From: an uncultured Ignavibacteria bacterium
Lineage (GTDB): Bacteria > Zixibacteria > MSB-5A5 > CAIYYT01
DNA: 64,000 nt
Assembly: GCA_964520555.1 (NCBI GenBank)
Contig: CAZFNN010000013.1
Span: 41,233 to 105,232 of the forward strand
Direction: 5' to 3'
Below the pieces are notes generated by a model. The model was not told the DNA's origin. It did not search any database and saw nothing but the letters and a program-made list of their open reading frames with translations. This document shows, in pieces, positions 63,083 to 64,000 of the stretch. The number at the start of each line of letters is the position of its first letter. Positions within the stretch are counted from its first letter, which is position 1. Position numbers and translations under genes: made by a program.

Positions 63083-63987
63083 ATCCCGCTCTCTTGAACG
63101 TTTTCGCCTCGACCGAGCACGAAGTCGGCCACGTTGCCGACACGCTCGCCCACGCCGCCGATTCGCTCACGCACGCGGCTGATACGCTGGCGCATGCCGC
63201 CGGCGCGCACGGTGGCGGCCATGACGGCGGCTCGCATGAACTGCCCAATATCGTCATGCTGCTCTACAAGGCGTTCGGCGAACCCTTCACCGCGCTTCAT
63301 CACTGGGAAAACATCTTCTTTGCCTTCCTGGCGCTGGGCTTCTTGTGCGTGATGGCGATGATCATCTACCGCAAACGCCAGTTGATCCCCGGCAAACTGC
63401 AGAACTTTGCCGAGCTGATCGTCGAAGGCCTCTACAACTTCTTCCACAGCATGCTCGGCGACCACGCCCGTAAATACACGCCGTTTCTCGGCACGCTCTT
63501 TATCTACATCCTGACGATGAACTGGATGGGGATGATCCCGTTCTTCAAAGCGGCCTCGTCCAGCGCCACCATTACCGTGTCGCTGGCCATCATCGTCTTT
63601 TTTTACTCGCAGGCAGTCGGTCTCAAGCATCTCGGCATCGGCGGGTGGATTTTCCATCTGCTCGGCTCGCCCAAGAGCGTGATCGAATGGTGCCTGTCGC
63701 CGCTGTTTTTTGCGATCCACCTGATTGGGGAAATCGCCAAGCCGCTGTCGTTGTCGCTGCGTCTCTTCGGCAACATCACCGGCGAGGACATCCTGATCGC
63801 CGCCTTCACCGGCATCGGCATCATGGCCCTGTCCTTTATCGATTCCCCCGTCGGCTTGCCGTTCCAGTTCCCGTTCTATTTCCTCGGACTGCTGCTGTCG
63901 ACGATTCAGGCGCTGGTCTTTACCTCGCTCTCGGCGATTTACATATTCCTGATGCTGCCGCATCAACATGAAGGCGAAGAACATTAA
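63079..63987 (+). CDS. atpB: F0F1 ATP synthase subunit a
   Basis: 302 aa. Motif LSLSLRLFGNITGEDIL (the essential Arg helix). GTG start overlapping the atpI stop. Unusual His/Ala-rich N-terminal extension. Confidence 0.9.
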   Translation: MNPALLNVFASTEHEVGHVADTLAHAADSLTHAADTLAHAAGAHGGGHDGGSHELPNIVMLLYKAFGEPFTALHHWENIFFAFLALGFLCVMAMIIYRKRQLIPGKLQNFAELIVEGLYNFFHSMLGDHARKYTPFLGTLFIYILTMNWMGMIPFFKAASSSATITVSLAIIVFFYSQAVGLKHLGIGGWIFHLLGSPKSVIEWCLSPLFFAIHLIGEIAKPLSLSLRLFGNITGEDILIAAFTGIGIMALSFIDSPVGLPFQFPFYFLGLLLSTIQALVFTSLSAIYIFLMLPHQHEGEEH

Positions 63988-64000
63988 TTGAGATAAACAT

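Noticed and set aside
1-64000. Mobile elements, prophage, toxin-antitoxin or known defence systems.
   Set aside because: No transposase, integrase, recombinase, restriction-modification, Cas, or nuclease/helicase defence signatures were seen in any frame. comM and comEC are competence genes, not defence genes.

Overview
GC-rich 64-kb chromosomal window, coding mostly on the + strand. It appears to come from an uncultured-type diderm bacterium: it has an LptE-like lipoprotein, a PorV/PorQ-like OMP and MurJ, two proteins with T9SS-type C-terminal sorting domains, and two with dockerin-like C-terminal modules. An FCB-superphylum relative is my inference only. I support 54 protein genes. I recognised no rRNA, tRNA, CRISPR, transposase, integrase, phage or known defence genes.

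Gene content in order:
- acyl-CoA dehydrogenase
- a small EPS/O-antigen-like set (Wzy-like, Wzz-like, glycosyltransferase)
- STAS protein and M1 peptidase
- T9SS-tagged cupredoxin
- NatAB-like ABC exporter and an MFS transporter
- hutI, LptE-like, PorV-like and rhodanese genes
- three tandem collagen-stalk/EB_dh(DOMON)-like lipoproteins
- GNAT and comM
- FG-GAP protein, S8 protease, sucCD and LVIVD propeller protein
- amino-acid catabolism genes (asparaginase II family, HD protein, tryptophanase/TPL, argF)
- thioesterase, rpsT, murJ and comEC
- an 11-gene array: PATAN, small membrane protein, three Roadblock proteins, mglA, mglB, pilB, pilT, pilC, pilS-like kinase
- yyaL, then the start of the atp operon (atpZ-atpI-atpB)

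Three things deserve a second look:
1. The MglA/MglB/Roadblock/PATAN module is physically joined to the type IV pilus motors. Its MglA carries a long C-terminal tail ending in a polybasic-aromatic segment.
2. Three paralogous lipoproteins sit in tandem. Each has a short Gly-X-Y collagen-like stalk and a DOMON/EB_dh-like domain.
3. Nearly every intergenic spacer longer than about 150 bp is filled with a mosaic of at least 10 short hairpin repeat families. One family is a hairpin/G-quadruplex-type motif present 10 times in a single orientation.

All family assignments come from reading motifs in the translations. No database search was run.
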